From NCBI GenBank assembly GCA_016223045.1, contig JACRPT010000146.1:1760-65759 (forward strand): a DNA stretch of 64,000 nt. Direction: 5' to 3'. The position numbers and the translations under genes were made by a program. The notes under the pieces are model-generated. The model ran no database searches. It was not told the DNA's origin and saw only the letters and a list, made by a program, of their open reading frames with translations. Below, one piece after another: positions 54,845 to 64,000 of this stretch (positions are counted from its first letter, which is position 1; every line of letters starts with the position of its first letter). This stretch comes from Candidatus Eiseniibacteriota bacterium (GTDB lineage Bacteria; Eisenbacteria; RBG-16-71-46).

Positions 54845-55170
54845 CCGGGGTCAGGGTCGCGGGGGCGCCTGCGGGCAGCGCGGGGCGGACCCGGCGGTTT
54901 CGCGGGGCGGGCCTTCCGGGCCCGCCCCGAGCGTCTTGCGGTGGCGGCGCCGCCCACGGCGGGTTGTCCCGCGGCGGGCCGCACGCGCACACGGGTTGCC
55001 CCGCCGGGTACACCCGGCCGCGCCCGCGCGCCGTTCCGCCGTTGCGGCCCAAGGGGTTGAGCTCGCGGCCCGCGTGGCACGCGGGCTGCTGTCTACCGGC
55101 ATCGAGACCCCTGCCACACGCCTTGCTCTGGGAAACAGCCACCGCCCCCGCCGGGCACTTGGAGGACAAC

Positions 55171-56103
55171 ATGAAAGCACGACTTCCGATCACCGCCACG
55201 CTGCTCCTGGTGGCCGCGCTGCTGTCCGGCTGCGGCAAGACGAACCAGGTCAGCTCCCCTGTCTCCGGGCCCGACGGCTCGGTGGACCAGGCCGCTGTCG
55301 CCGGTGCCGTCGCGAGCTCGCCGCAGGTCGTCGAGGACGGCGAGTTCGAGAGCACCGAGATGGGCACCATCAACGACGGCCAGCCGGGCGCGACGGCTGC
55401 CATCAGCCCGCTCTACTACTGGCGGGTGATCCACAGCGTGCAGCGAAGCTTCGAGTTCGCGTTCGCCGACACCGATTCGACCGGGCGCCCGACGACCGCG
55501 ATCGTCACCATCCACAAGCTGCTCGCCGGCTCGTTCAACATCCTCGTCGGCGAGCCGGGCACCGACGGCACGCCGATCGATTCGTCGGTCTCCGTGCTCC
55601 GCAAGCCCCTGTTCGACCACTGGGTGCGGCGCCTGCTGCTCAAGCGCATCATGGACCCCGCGAGCGCGCGTGACGCATGGCGCGTGGTCGCGACCTCCGG
55701 CGTGAAGGTGACGTCGCGGAACGCGCAGACCCGCATCGAGAGCCTGCGCGTGCAGACGGCGGATCTCGACACGACGATCACCGACCCGCTGCGCTTCATC
55801 TTCCTGCGCAACATCCTCAAGGTCGACCCCGAGGCCGAGGTCACCCTTACCGTCACGACGTTGCGCAACGACGACGTCGTGGTGCTCCAGTTGCGCAACC
55901 ACCGCCGCTTCCGCTTCCACAACAACGGGGACAACACCTACACCGGTGTGTGGCGGGCCCCGATGCTGGCCGGACTGCGCCACTTCGGCGTGAACGCGCT
56001 GTCGAACGGCACGCTGTTCGACGACGAGGCGCCGTACGATTCGCAGGCGTGGCTGCTGCCCTACCTGGTGCGGCCGAACGAGATCGCTGACACGCTGCCC
56101 TGA
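55171..56103 (+). CDS. lipoprotein of unknown function
   Basis: Lipobox LLSGCG after MKARLPITATLLLVAALL. Confidence 0.55.
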   Translation: MKARLPITATLLLVAALLSGCGKTNQVSSPVSGPDGSVDQAAVAGAVASSPQVVEDGEFESTEMGTINDGQPGATAAISPLYYWRVIHSVQRSFEFAFADTDSTGRPTTAIVTIHKLLAGSFNILVGEPGTDGTPIDSSVSVLRKPLFDHWVRRLLLKRIMDPASARDAWRVVATSGVKVTSRNAQTRIESLRVQTADLDTTITDPLRFIFLRNILKVDPEAEVTLTVTTLRNDDVVVLQLRNHRRFRFHNNGDNTYTGVWRAPMLAGLRHFGVNALSNGTLFDDEAPYDSQAWLLPYLVRPNEIADTLP

Positions 56104-56250
56104 TCGCGAGCCAGGACAGCGGACGGGCGGGTCACCGCGAGGTGGCCCGCCCGTTTCGATGCTCCCGGACCGCGCGACGTCACCCGCCCGGCGGCGGGTG
56201 CCCGCCCACGCCCGGACCGGGCTGGCGGCGGCGGCCCGTGGCGGGTCCGC

Positions 56251-56784
56251 CTAGTGCGGCCCGCCCGGCGGCGGCTCGTCGCCCTCCGGGCGCTTGCGGC
56301 TGAACAGCTCCGCCCACTCCTCGAGCTCCTTCTTCGAGAGCGCGACCGGCTTCTCGGGATCCTCGGCCCGGCGGGGGCTCAGCACGCTCGCCATGAACAG
56401 GTCGGAGAGCGAGATGTCGGCGCCCATGGCGCGGGCGTGGCGCGCGACCTCGAGGTCCGAGGTCACCACCGTGAGACGCTCGACCCGATCAATCCGCGCC
56501 TCCACCAGCTCGCGGATCAGGTCGTCGGCTTTACGGGGCGGCCGCGAGTAGCGCACCTCGACGCGGGCCGACCCGCTGTCGCGGGCGCCCTGCGCGTCGT
56601 GCCCGGTGTCTTCATCGCCGTCGAACACCACCAGGAACTTCGCCTCGCCCGAACCGATCGCCCACGACAGCAGACTCACCAGCTTCTCGCGCGAGTCGCG
56701 CAACGTGCGGCCCTCGCCCGGGCGCAACGACGGATGCCGCAGGATCAGGTTGTAGCCGTCCACGATGATGAGGCGGTCGCTCAC
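56251..56784 (-). CDS. NYN-domain (YacP-like) ribonuclease
   Basis: LIIVDGYNLIL motif typical of YacP/NYN. GTG start chosen at VSDRL. An alternative ATG at 56886 would add a low-complexity leader. Confidence 0.6.
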   Translation of the reverse strand: MSDRLIIVDGYNLILRHPSLRPGEGRTLRDSREKLVSLLSWAIGSGEAKFLVVFDGDEDTGHDAQGARDSGSARVEVRYSRPPRKADDLIRELVEARIDRVERLTVVTSDLEVARHARAMGADISLSDLFMASVLSPRRAEDPEKPVALSKKELEEWAELFSRKRPEGDEPPPGGPH

Positions 56785-56923
56785 GCGCGGGACTCCGTGC
56801 CGGGGTAGGGACTGCGGCGCGCCCTCGATGCAGGACGCGCCGCAGGGTAGCACGGCCGGCCCCCCGCCGGGGGCGGACGCGATCACTTCTGAGTCAGGGG
56901 ATCAGGATCACCCGGGAACAGCA

Positions 56924-57505
56924 CTATGCGAACGCGTGCCGGGCCTTGAGCAGCGTGACGAGCTGCTGTGCCTCGACCAGGTCGATGGCGAAGCCGAAGC
57001 GCACGCTCCTGCCGTCGCAGTCGAAGGCGATGCCCGGCCCGAGCACACCCACCAGACGCATCGCCGTCTTCACGCCCGCCAGCGCCTGCGGGTTCGCGAG
57101 CCCCGGCGGGATCTCCGGGAGCGCCTGCGCGCGCAGGTTCCGCACGCGGTCGAGCGGGTACGGCTTCGTGAATCCGAGGCCCAGCACGTCGCGCCGGATC
57201 GCGAGGACATCGGGCAGCAGCCGGACGCGCTCCTTGCCCGCCAGCATCCAGGCGCAGGCCGCGAGCGCCGCGCCACCGCCCAGGGTCCAGCCCGCGAGCC
57301 ACACGGCGAGGAACATCCGCGCCTCCGTGGGCCCCGGCCCGAACAGCTGCCGGATGGCGAAGGCTTCGCCCGTCGCCCAGCCGAAGAGCCAGAAGCCGAG
57401 GAAGAGGACCGCGAGCCACACCCGTGGCGCGGGGATGGCGATCTCCAACCCGTCGGCGCTGTCGTTCACCGTGGCGCGGGGCTGCGCGATGTCGAACGTG
57501 GTCAT
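56924..57505 (-). CDS. small integral membrane protein (hypothetical)
   Basis: Two or three hydrophobic helices (WLAVLFLGFWLFGW, FLAVWLAGWTLGGGAALAACAWMLAG). Start at MTTFD. Confidence 0.45.
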   Translation of the reverse strand: MTTFDIAQPRATVNDSADGLEIAIPAPRVWLAVLFLGFWLFGWATGEAFAIRQLFGPGPTEARMFLAVWLAGWTLGGGAALAACAWMLAGKERVRLLPDVLAIRRDVLGLGFTKPYPLDRVRNLRAQALPEIPPGLANPQALAGVKTAMRLVGVLGPGIAFDCDGRSVRFGFAIDLVEAQQLVTLLKARHAFA

Positions 57506-57555
57506 GTGCGGCTCGCTCCGGCTGGAAGGTGCCTCGCGCCGGGCGCCGGCCCGGC

Positions 57556-58791
57556 TCAGTGCCCGCCGTGCGCGGTGTGGCGGATCAGGCCGTTGTTGCC
57601 CACCACCCAGCCGCGCAGCGCATCCACGAAGAACACCGCGTTCAGCTTGAACTGCGCGCTGGGCTGCTGCGGCTGCCAGCTCATGCCGCCGTCGTCCGAG
57701 CGCAGCACGATGCCGGTGCCGTTCAGGCCCACCGCGTAGCCCACCTGGTCCGCGGGGAAACACACGCCCTCGAGCTGGTTCGCGGCCCCCGCGCTCTGGA
57801 GCTGCCAGGCCACCGAGTCGGGGGTCACCACCGTCATCGGGACCGCGCCCTGCGCGCCCACCGCCACTGCCAGCGCGGCGCTGCGGCGCCACACGCCCTT
57901 CAGGTTCTGCGACGTGATCGCGGGCTGCACGCGGAACCAGGTGAGGCCGCGGTCGTGGGTGCCGAGGATGGCGCCGCCATCGCCGACCGCCCAGCCGTCG
58001 CGCGTGCCGGCGAACATCACGCTGTTGAGGTTCGTGACGACCGGGTAGGTCTTCTGCCACGAGGCCCCGCGGTCGAAGGTGCGCAGCACGAGCCCGGCGG
58101 TGCCCACCGCCCAGCCGGTGTCGCGGGTCGCGAAGTGCACGTGCATCAGGTTCTTGGTCTCGCCCACGTTCGTGAGCCGTGTCCAGGCGGCGCCGCCGTC
58201 GGTGGTGCGGAGCACCGTGCCGGCGTTGCCCACCGCCCAGCCCTCGTCACGGCTGGTGAACCACACGCCGTGCAGGCTGTAGGTGGTCGCGATCGAACGG
58301 GTCCACGTCGCGCCCGCGTCGGTGGTCGCGAGGACGACGCCGGCGTTGCCCACCGCCCAGCCGGCACGGCCGGCGGGATCGAAGAACACGGCGTTCAGGT
58401 CCTCGGTGGCGTTGCTGGTCTGCGCGACCCATCCGGTGTCCGCGTACACGAACACTGCGGCGGTGTCGGCCTTGCCGCCCGCCGCGACGATCACGCGCGC
58501 CAGGCCCTCGCCCACCGCGCTCGCAGAGCCGGCGGCGTTCACCGTCACCACCGCGGGATCGCTGCTGGTCCAGCCGAGCGTCGTGGTGGTGACGTTGCCG
58601 GAGGTGTCGCGGGCGACGGCGGTGAAGAGGCGCGACTGGCCGACGCGCAGCGTGTCGGCCCCGGGGCTGATGACCAGGGACGAGAGCGGCGGCCCGGGCT
58701 CGGGCGTGACCGGCGTGATCCCCTTGCCGCAGCCCGCGAGCAGGGCGGCGGCAGCGGCGACCGGCAGCAATCGCTTCAGGATCGGATGCAT
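57556..58791 (-). CDS. lipoprotein with Big_2 Ig-like domain and BNR/Ycf48-like beta-propeller
   Basis: Lipobox LLAGCG. A Big_2-like segment. Repeated BNR-type motifs (TTDAGATW, TTDGGAAW, FDRGASW, HDRGLTW, DDGGMSW). Confidence 0.7.
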   Translation of the reverse strand: MHPILKRLLPVAAAAALLAGCGKGITPVTPEPGPPLSSLVISPGADTLRVGQSRLFTAVARDTSGNVTTTTLGWTSSDPAVVTVNAAGSASAVGEGLARVIVAAGGKADTAAVFVYADTGWVAQTSNATEDLNAVFFDPAGRAGWAVGNAGVVLATTDAGATWTRSIATTYSLHGVWFTSRDEGWAVGNAGTVLRTTDGGAAWTRLTNVGETKNLMHVHFATRDTGWAVGTAGLVLRTFDRGASWQKTYPVVTNLNSVMFAGTRDGWAVGDGGAILGTHDRGLTWFRVQPAITSQNLKGVWRRSAALAVAVGAQGAVPMTVVTPDSVAWQLQSAGAANQLEGVCFPADQVGYAVGLNGTGIVLRSDDGGMSWQPQQPSAQFKLNAVFFVDALRGWVVGNNGLIRHTAHGGH

Positions 58792-59233
58792 GGGCACTCG
58801 CGGGTGGAGGACCGGGTCCACGGCCCCGCGCCGGACGACGGCACGGGCCGGTCGGTATCGTCGAGCAATTCCAGGGCCAAACCCTCGCCTTGGGATGCAC
58901 TCACTTACATCCGCCCGCTGGTGCAGGATGCGTGGCCTCCGCCCGGTTTCTGCGCACTCCGCGCATCGAGGCCGGCCAGCCTCTGCCCGCCCCGGGCGGT
59001 CGCCGTGACCGCCCGCCCGGGACGCTCCTCAGAGCCCGGGATACGATGCCGGCCGACGCGCCGGGAGGAGGACCGGTCCGTCATTGCCCGGAGGCGGTCA
59101 CACCGGCGCACCCGTGCGCTGCGAGCGGACCTCCTTGAGCCCCTCCCGGCCATCTTCTAGTCTGCGCGGCACACGCGTCGGACGTCGCGCCCGCCGATCG
59201 GGCGGGGCCCGGCGCGCAACCATCGAGGGCGCG

Positions 59234-60208
59234 ATGCTCGAAGTCCGCGACGTGGTCAAGACCTACGACGGGCGTGCGGTCGTCAACCGCGTGTCGTTCG
59301 AAGTCCCGCCGGGCGAGATCTTCGCCCTGCTCGGGCCGAACGGCGCCGGCAAGACCACGCTCATCCGCATGATCACCGACATCCTGCGGCCCGACTCGGG
59401 CGAGATCCGCCTCGACGGGCAGGTGGTGGGCGGTGACGCCAAGCGGCGCATCGCCTACCTGCCCGAGGAGCGCGGCCTCTACCGGCGCGTGAAGGTCGTC
59501 GAGGCGCTGGCCTACTTCGGCGAGCTGAAGGGGCTCGTGCGCCAGGCCGCACGGCAGGAGGCGCTCGACCTGCTGGCGCGCGTGGACCTGCGCGAGTGGG
59601 CGGACAAGCAGGTGCAGGCGCTCTCGAAGGGCATGCAGCAGAAGGTGCAGCTGTGCACCACGCTGATCGGCGATCCGCGGCTGCTCATCCTCGACGAACC
59701 GTTCGCCGGGCTCGATCCGCTGAACACCCAGATGTTCGAGGAGATCCTGCACGAGCGCCGGGCCGCCGGATGCACCGTGCTGCTCTCGACCCACCAGATG
59801 AACAAGGTCGAGGAGTTGTGCGACCGCGCGCTCATGATCAACCACGGCTTCATGGTGCTCTACGGCACCCTGCGCGACATCCGCCGCGAGTACGCCGACC
59901 ACGCCGTGGTGGTGCGCACCGAGCGCGCGCCCGGCGCCATGCCCGGGGTGAATCGCATCGAGCCCGTGAACGGGGACTGGAAGCTCACGCTCGAGCCCGA
60001 GGCCACACCCCAGGCGGTGCTGGGCGCCCTGGTCGAGCGCGGCGTCCCGGTCGAGTCGTTCGCGATCGCCACGCTCCCGCTCGAGGACATCTTCGTGAAG
60101 GTCGTGCGCGAGGGCCGCGGGCTCGATCGCGGCCAGAGCGGGCCCCCCGCCGGGGCGGCGGGCGAAGCCGGGCCGGCGACGGCGACGGCGAAGGGAGGCG
60201 CGCGATGA
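59234..60208 (+). CDS. ABC transporter ATP-binding protein
   Basis: Walker A GPNGAGKTT, signature LSKGMQQK, Walker B LLILDEP and an H-loop. Confidence 0.85.
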   Translation: MLEVRDVVKTYDGRAVVNRVSFEVPPGEIFALLGPNGAGKTTLIRMITDILRPDSGEIRLDGQVVGGDAKRRIAYLPEERGLYRRVKVVEALAYFGELKGLVRQAARQEALDLLARVDLREWADKQVQALSKGMQQKVQLCTTLIGDPRLLILDEPFAGLDPLNTQMFEEILHERRAAGCTVLLSTHQMNKVEELCDRALMINHGFMVLYGTLRDIRREYADHAVVVRTERAPGAMPGVNRIEPVNGDWKLTLEPEATPQAVLGALVERGVPVESFAIATLPLEDIFVKVVREGRGLDRGQSGPPAGAAGEAGPATATAKGGAR

Positions 60209-61494
60209 GCATCTCCTGGGCCCGCGCGCTCATCATCGCGCGCCGCGAGTACCTGACCACGGTGCGGCGCAAGGCGTTCCTCTTCACCATGATCGGGATG
60301 CCCCTCTACTTCGGCTTCGTCATGACCATGGCGATCAAGCCGGAGGTCTCGGACCGCCGCGAGACCCTGCGCAAGTTCGCGCGGCTCGGCGTGGTGGACT
60401 CCTCCGGCGTGTTCGCCGGGGCGCCGCGCGAGATCCGCACCGCGATCGCGGTGGACCCGTTCAAGGATCCGCTGAAGACCGAGACCTATCGCACCGCGGT
60501 GGTGTTCTACCCGGACCAGGCGGGCGCGGAGCAGGCGCTGCGCGCACGGCAGATCGCGCAGGCGCTGGTGATCCCCGCCGACTACCTCGCGACCGGCAAG
60601 GTGCGGCGCTACGTGCTCTCGAGCGGCCTCTTCTCGAACACCTCCGCCGGGCGCCCGGTCGAGCGCTGGCTGGTCCGCGGGCTGCTCGCCGGCCACGTGG
60701 ATTCGGCGCGCATCGAACGCGCGGCGCGGCCCGCCGGCGAGATGGCCCTCTACTCCCTGGACAAGGAAGGCCGCTTCCAGCTCAAGGACGACCGCCGCGA
60801 GGTGTTCGAGTTCATGCTGCCTTTCATGTTCGCGATGCTGCTCGGGCTGTGCATCGTGACCGGCGGGCAGTACCTGCTGCAGGGCGTGAGCGAGGAGAAG
60901 GAGTCGCGCATCCTCGAGTCGCTGCTGTGCACCGTGACGGCGGAGGACCTGCTGGCCGGCAAGCTGCTGGGGCTGGGCGGCGCGGGGCTCACGCTGGTCG
61001 CGGTGTGGCTGGGCACCGGGGCAGTGATCGGGGCGCCCAGCATGGCGATGCTCGAGTTCCACTTCCCGCCCCTGCTGCTGGCGCTCGGGATCGCCTACTT
61101 CCTGCTCGGCTACCTGTTCTACGCCAGCCTCATGACCGGCGTCGGGGCCATCACGAACAACATGCGCGAGGCGCAGCAGTTCGCGTTCATGTTCACGTTC
61201 GCGAACTTCGTCCCGTTCATCATGCTGAGCGTGCTCATGAACCACCCGGACGGCCCGCTTGCGGTGGGACTCTCACTGTTCCCGCCCACCGCGCCGGTCA
61301 CCATGATGCTGCGTGCGGCCACGCCGTCCGCCACGGTGCCGCCGTGGCAGATCGGCCTCTCGCTCGTGCTGCTCGCAGGCGCCGCGTGGCTCGCCGTGCG
61401 CACCGCGGCGCGCGTGTTCCGCATCGGCCTCCTGCTCTACGGCAAGACCCCGAACCTCCCCGAGATCCTGCGCTGGGCGCGCACCGGGCGCTGA
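60205..61494 (+). CDS. ABC-2 family transporter permease
   Basis: ATGA coupling to the ATPase gene. Six TM helices with a long extracytoplasmic loop after TM1, typical of ABC-2. Confidence 0.75.
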   Translation: MSISWARALIIARREYLTTVRRKAFLFTMIGMPLYFGFVMTMAIKPEVSDRRETLRKFARLGVVDSSGVFAGAPREIRTAIAVDPFKDPLKTETYRTAVVFYPDQAGAEQALRARQIAQALVIPADYLATGKVRRYVLSSGLFSNTSAGRPVERWLVRGLLAGHVDSARIERAARPAGEMALYSLDKEGRFQLKDDRREVFEFMLPFMFAMLLGLCIVTGGQYLLQGVSEEKESRILESLLCTVTAEDLLAGKLLGLGGAGLTLVAVWLGTGAVIGAPSMAMLEFHFPPLLLALGIAYFLLGYLFYASLMTGVGAITNNMREAQQFAFMFTFANFVPFIMLSVLMNHPDGPLAVGLSLFPPTAPVTMMLRAATPSATVPPWQIGLSLVLLAGAAWLAVRTAARVFRIGLLLYGKTPNLPEILRWARTGR

Positions 61495-61619
61495 GGCGGA
61501 CGGCACGGGCGGCGCGTCCGGCTCGCCGGGGAGCGGGGCTGAGCATCTGACGCGTGCGGCCAGCCCTCTCCGGGGGTGGCCGCACCGGATTCAGCGACTC
61601 GACACGGGGTCGTCCCCGA

Positions 61620-64000
61620 TCACTTCAGCCGGACCACGCGCCGCATCTGTCTGACTCCCGCGGCGTCGAACCTCAGGAAGTAGAGTCCGGATGCAGCCGG
61701 CGCGCCCGACGCGCCTGCGCCGCGCCATTCGAACGCGTGCTCACCCGGCTCCAGCCGTCCCCGGTAGAGCGTGACGATGCGGCGGCCGGCGAGGTCCCAG
61801 ACCGAGATCTCCACGCTCTGCCGGCTGGCCACCGAGACCGAGAATGAAGTCGCGCCACGGCCCGGGTTGGGCGCGGGCGGGCGGCTGAAGCCGGTCGTGA
61901 GCGCGCCCCGCGCGGGCGGCTCGACCGGCGGCACCTCCACCACCCGGCCCTGAGTCTCCTCCAGCACCCAGACGTCCCCGAGCCGACCCGCGTCGGACAA
62001 GCCGCCGAACGCGATCATCCGCTGGCCCGCCGGCGCCGCGCTGTGAAGCGTGCGCGCGGGCGGCGGCCCGCTGGTCGGGCTGAGGTCGGTCCAGATGGGC
62101 GCCCCGGCCAGCCCGTTCGCGCCGGTGAGAGTCTGCACCGTGTCGCTGCGCGTGCCCCCGATCGCGCCCCCGAAGACGGTCATGCTGTTCTTCACGGGGT
62201 CGTAGACCGCGCGATGGAGAGTCCACGGTGAAGGCGGCGTCCCGCCGGGCGAGAGTTGCGTCCAGGCGGGAGACCCCACGCCGTTGGCGTCGCCCAGCAC
62301 CCAGACTTCGAGGTTCGACGCACCGCAGGGGACCAGGCCACCAAGAACCGTCATCCGGTTGCTGACCGCATCGTAGGTCGCCTGGTGGCCCGTCCGCGCG
62401 CTCGGCGGACCGCCGGTGGGCGCGAGTTGCGTCCAGGCGGGAGACCCCACGCCGCTGGCGTCGGAGAGCGCCCACACGTCGTTCTGCTCGCCCCCGCAGC
62501 CGCCGGCGCTGGCGTCGCCGCCGAACACCACCATGCGGTCGGTCGCCGCGTCGTAGACCGCGCTGTGCCCGGTGCGCGCCGCGGGCGGCCCGCCCGTGGG
62601 GGCGAGCGAGATCCAGGCCGGCGCGCCGCCCAGTCCGTTGGCGTTCGAGAGCACCCAGACGTCGTTGAACATGCCCGGCGTCGGCCCGGTCGCGTCGTCG
62701 CCGCCGAAGACGATCATCCGGTTGCCGCCCGGGTCGTAGACGGCGCTGTGGTTGGCGCGCGCGGGCGGGGGCCCGCCAGCCGGTGTGAGCTGAATCCAGC
62801 CCGGCGTACCCGCGGCGCCGTCGGCGCCGGTCAGCACCCAGACGTCGTTGAGCGGCCCGCCGTCACCGCGGCCCCCGAACACCGTCATGCGGTTGTTCCC
62901 GGCGTCGTGGACCGCGCTGTGGCCGTCGCGCGGAAGCGGGGGTGTTCCGAGCGGCAGGAGCTGCACCCAGGTCTGCCCCACGGTCACCAGCACGACATCG
63001 GTCCCCGAGATGCGGGGCTCGAGCGAGAGCCCGCCCCCCAGGCTGAGGCCGGTGATGCCCGCGAAGCCGCCGCTACGCGAGGCGAAGGTCATCACCTGGA
63101 AGCTCTGGCCGGGGGTCGGCACGAAGCTGTTGATGAGCGAGATGTTGAGCGTGCCGTCCAGCGCGATCGCTCCGCTCACCGCCAGCCGGTCGTAGCCGGT
63201 TCCGGCCGTGGCGCCGCCGAGCTCGATGTTGATCGTGCTGCTGGAGCCGAGCGGCGCCGCGCCGATGATGGAGAGGATGCCGGGCGAAGTCCCGGGATTG
63301 ATGCTGCCGGAGCTGCTGAACGAGGTGGACGCGACATTGAGCGTGCCTGCTCCGCTCAGGGTGCCGCCGACCGCGTTGTCGAACGTTCCCGACGTGACCG
63401 TGCAGGTGCGGCCCGCCCCGATCTCGAGCGTGCCGGTGTTGGTGAAGCTCGGGCTGGTGCCGCTCTGGGTGATCGTCAGGTTGCCGCCGCCCAGCGTGAG
63501 CGTCCCGCTGTTGCTGTGCGCCGCCGCGGCCTTGCTCAGCGTCAGCCCCTGGTCCACCGTCACCGTGCCCTGGTTGTCGAGCCGCGCCCCCAGCGTGCGC
63601 CCGCCCCCGGCCCCGGCCAGCACCGCGATGGTGCGGCCGGCCGGGTTCAGCAGCGTCCCGGCGCTGAGGTTGAGCGTGGCCCCGTAGCCCGCGTTCGAGC
63701 TGGTCAGCTCGATCGTCCCGTTGTTGGTGAACCCGCTCGCCACCGTCACGACCACCCCCCCCGAGGTGCCGTCCCCCTCCAGGTGCAGCGTCGAGCCGGG
63801 GGCGCTGGTGAACGCGCCGCTCAGGCTGCTCGCCCCCCGCAGGTCCAGCGTGCCCTCGTTCACCAGCGCCGCGCCCACCGCGCAGGAGCGCAGCAGCTGC
63901 GTCACCGCGCTCGAGTTGGTGATGGTGCCGGGACCGTTGAGCGTGGAGCTGCTGGCCGAGAGCGCGAAGTCGGCGGTCGCGAAGCTCAGCGCGAAGCCCG
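61620..64000 (-). CDS. large secreted Kelch-repeat / beta-helix protein with T9SS C-terminal sorting domain (N-terminus beyond window)
   Basis: C-terminal ...SGLYFLRFDAAGVRQMRRVVRLK matches the T9SS CTD pattern. There are multiple Kelch-like blades (AVYD..G.R..VFGG), and the N-proximal part is made of Gly/Thr/Ser-rich beta-helix-like repeats. The ORF remains open to the window end. Confidence 0.65.
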   Translation of the reverse strand, partial: GFALSFATADFALSASSSTLNGPGTITNSSAVTQLLRSCAVGAALVNEGTLDLRGASSLSGAFTSAPGSTLHLEGDGTSGGVVVTVASGFTNNGTIELTSSNAGYGATLNLSAGTLLNPAGRTIAVLAGAGGGRTLGARLDNQGTVTVDQGLTLSKAAAAHSNSGTLTLGGGNLTITQSGTSPSFTNTGTLEIGAGRTCTVTSGTFDNAVGGTLSGAGTLNVASTSFSSSGSINPGTSPGILSIIGAAPLGSSSTINIELGGATAGTGYDRLAVSGAIALDGTLNISLINSFVPTPGQSFQVMTFASRSGGFAGITGLSLGGGLSLEPRISGTDVVLVTVGQTWVQLLPLGTPPLPRDGHSAVHDAGNNRMTVFGGRGDGGPLNDVWVLTGADGAAGTPGWIQLTPAGGPPPARANHSAVYDPGGNRMIVFGGDDATGPTPGMFNDVWVLSNANGLGGAPAWISLAPTGGPPAARTGHSAVYDAATDRMVVFGGDASAGGCGGEQNDVWALSDASGVGSPAWTQLAPTGGPPSARTGHQATYDAVSNRMTVLGGLVPCGASNLEVWVLGDANGVGSPAWTQLSPGGTPPSPWTLHRAVYDPVKNSMTVFGGAIGGTRSDTVQTLTGANGLAGAPIWTDLSPTSGPPPARTLHSAAPAGQRMIAFGGLSDAGRLGDVWVLEETQGRVVEVPPVEPPARGALTTGFSRPPAPNPGRGATSFSVSVASRQSVEISVWDLAGRRIVTLYRGRLEPGEHAFEWRGAGASGAPAASGLYFLRFDAAGVRQMRRVVRLK

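Overview
This is a 64-kb fragment of a very GC-rich (about 70%) bacterial chromosome. Gene density is high and there are many spurious long antisense ORFs, which I rejected. Two cargo proteins ending in Type IX secretion (T9SS) C-terminal sorting domains, a lamin-tail-domain protein and the GC content suggest an FCB-group organism such as Gemmatimonadota; this is inference only. There are three notable blocks.

(1) A lower-GC island at about 2.0-8.4 kb carries a ParB-like nuclease-domain protein, a DUF2130-like coiled-coil/zinc-ribbon protein, a short tyrosine recombinase translationally coupled to an N6-adenine DNA methyltransferase fused to an HsdS-like target-recognition domain, a convergent small PD-(D/E)xK-like nuclease, and an upstream HTH controller (C) protein. 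I read this as a C-regulated restriction-modification/defence island.

(2) A block of housekeeping and metabolic genes: PhzF, GNATs, an EamA transporter, two MtaD-like amidohydrolases, pabB/pabC, an alpha/beta hydrolase, a BoxB-like diiron oxygenase, glycogen phosphorylase, an AroH-type chorismate mutase fused to prephenate dehydrogenase, a PIG-L deacetylase, a DUF885 protein, a short Lon, an aminotransferase, RlmD and an ABC transporter.

(3) The most unusual region is a roughly 1,690-aa protein (28267-33348) that fuses a Ser/Thr kinase, a STAND-type P-loop, TPR-like repeats, a GAF domain, a sigma-54 activator AAA+ domain with a non-canonical GAFTGA loop, and a Fis HTH. It is followed by a lower-GC accessory cassette (33.9-39.5 kb) containing:
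- two paralogous pairs of a secreted protein with a Gly-zipper C-terminus plus a small 2-TM protein;
- a catalytically degenerate sigma-54-AAA+-like protein followed by a REC-like protein;
- an internally deleted second copy of that pair, which brackets a 3.5-kb cassette;
- a 5'-truncated T9SS-tagged S8 protease fragment and a TolB-like lipoprotein.

Other observations: recurrent short tandem duplications of gene 3' ends (phzF, pabC, the giant regulator), a triple 57-58-bp intergenic repeat carrying a CGGTGGACTCGC motif (a fourth copy lies upstream of another gene), two candidate sigma-54 promoters, and an attenuator/terminator-like hairpin upstream of the chorismate mutase-prephenate dehydrogenase gene. 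No tRNA, rRNA or CRISPR array was recognised.
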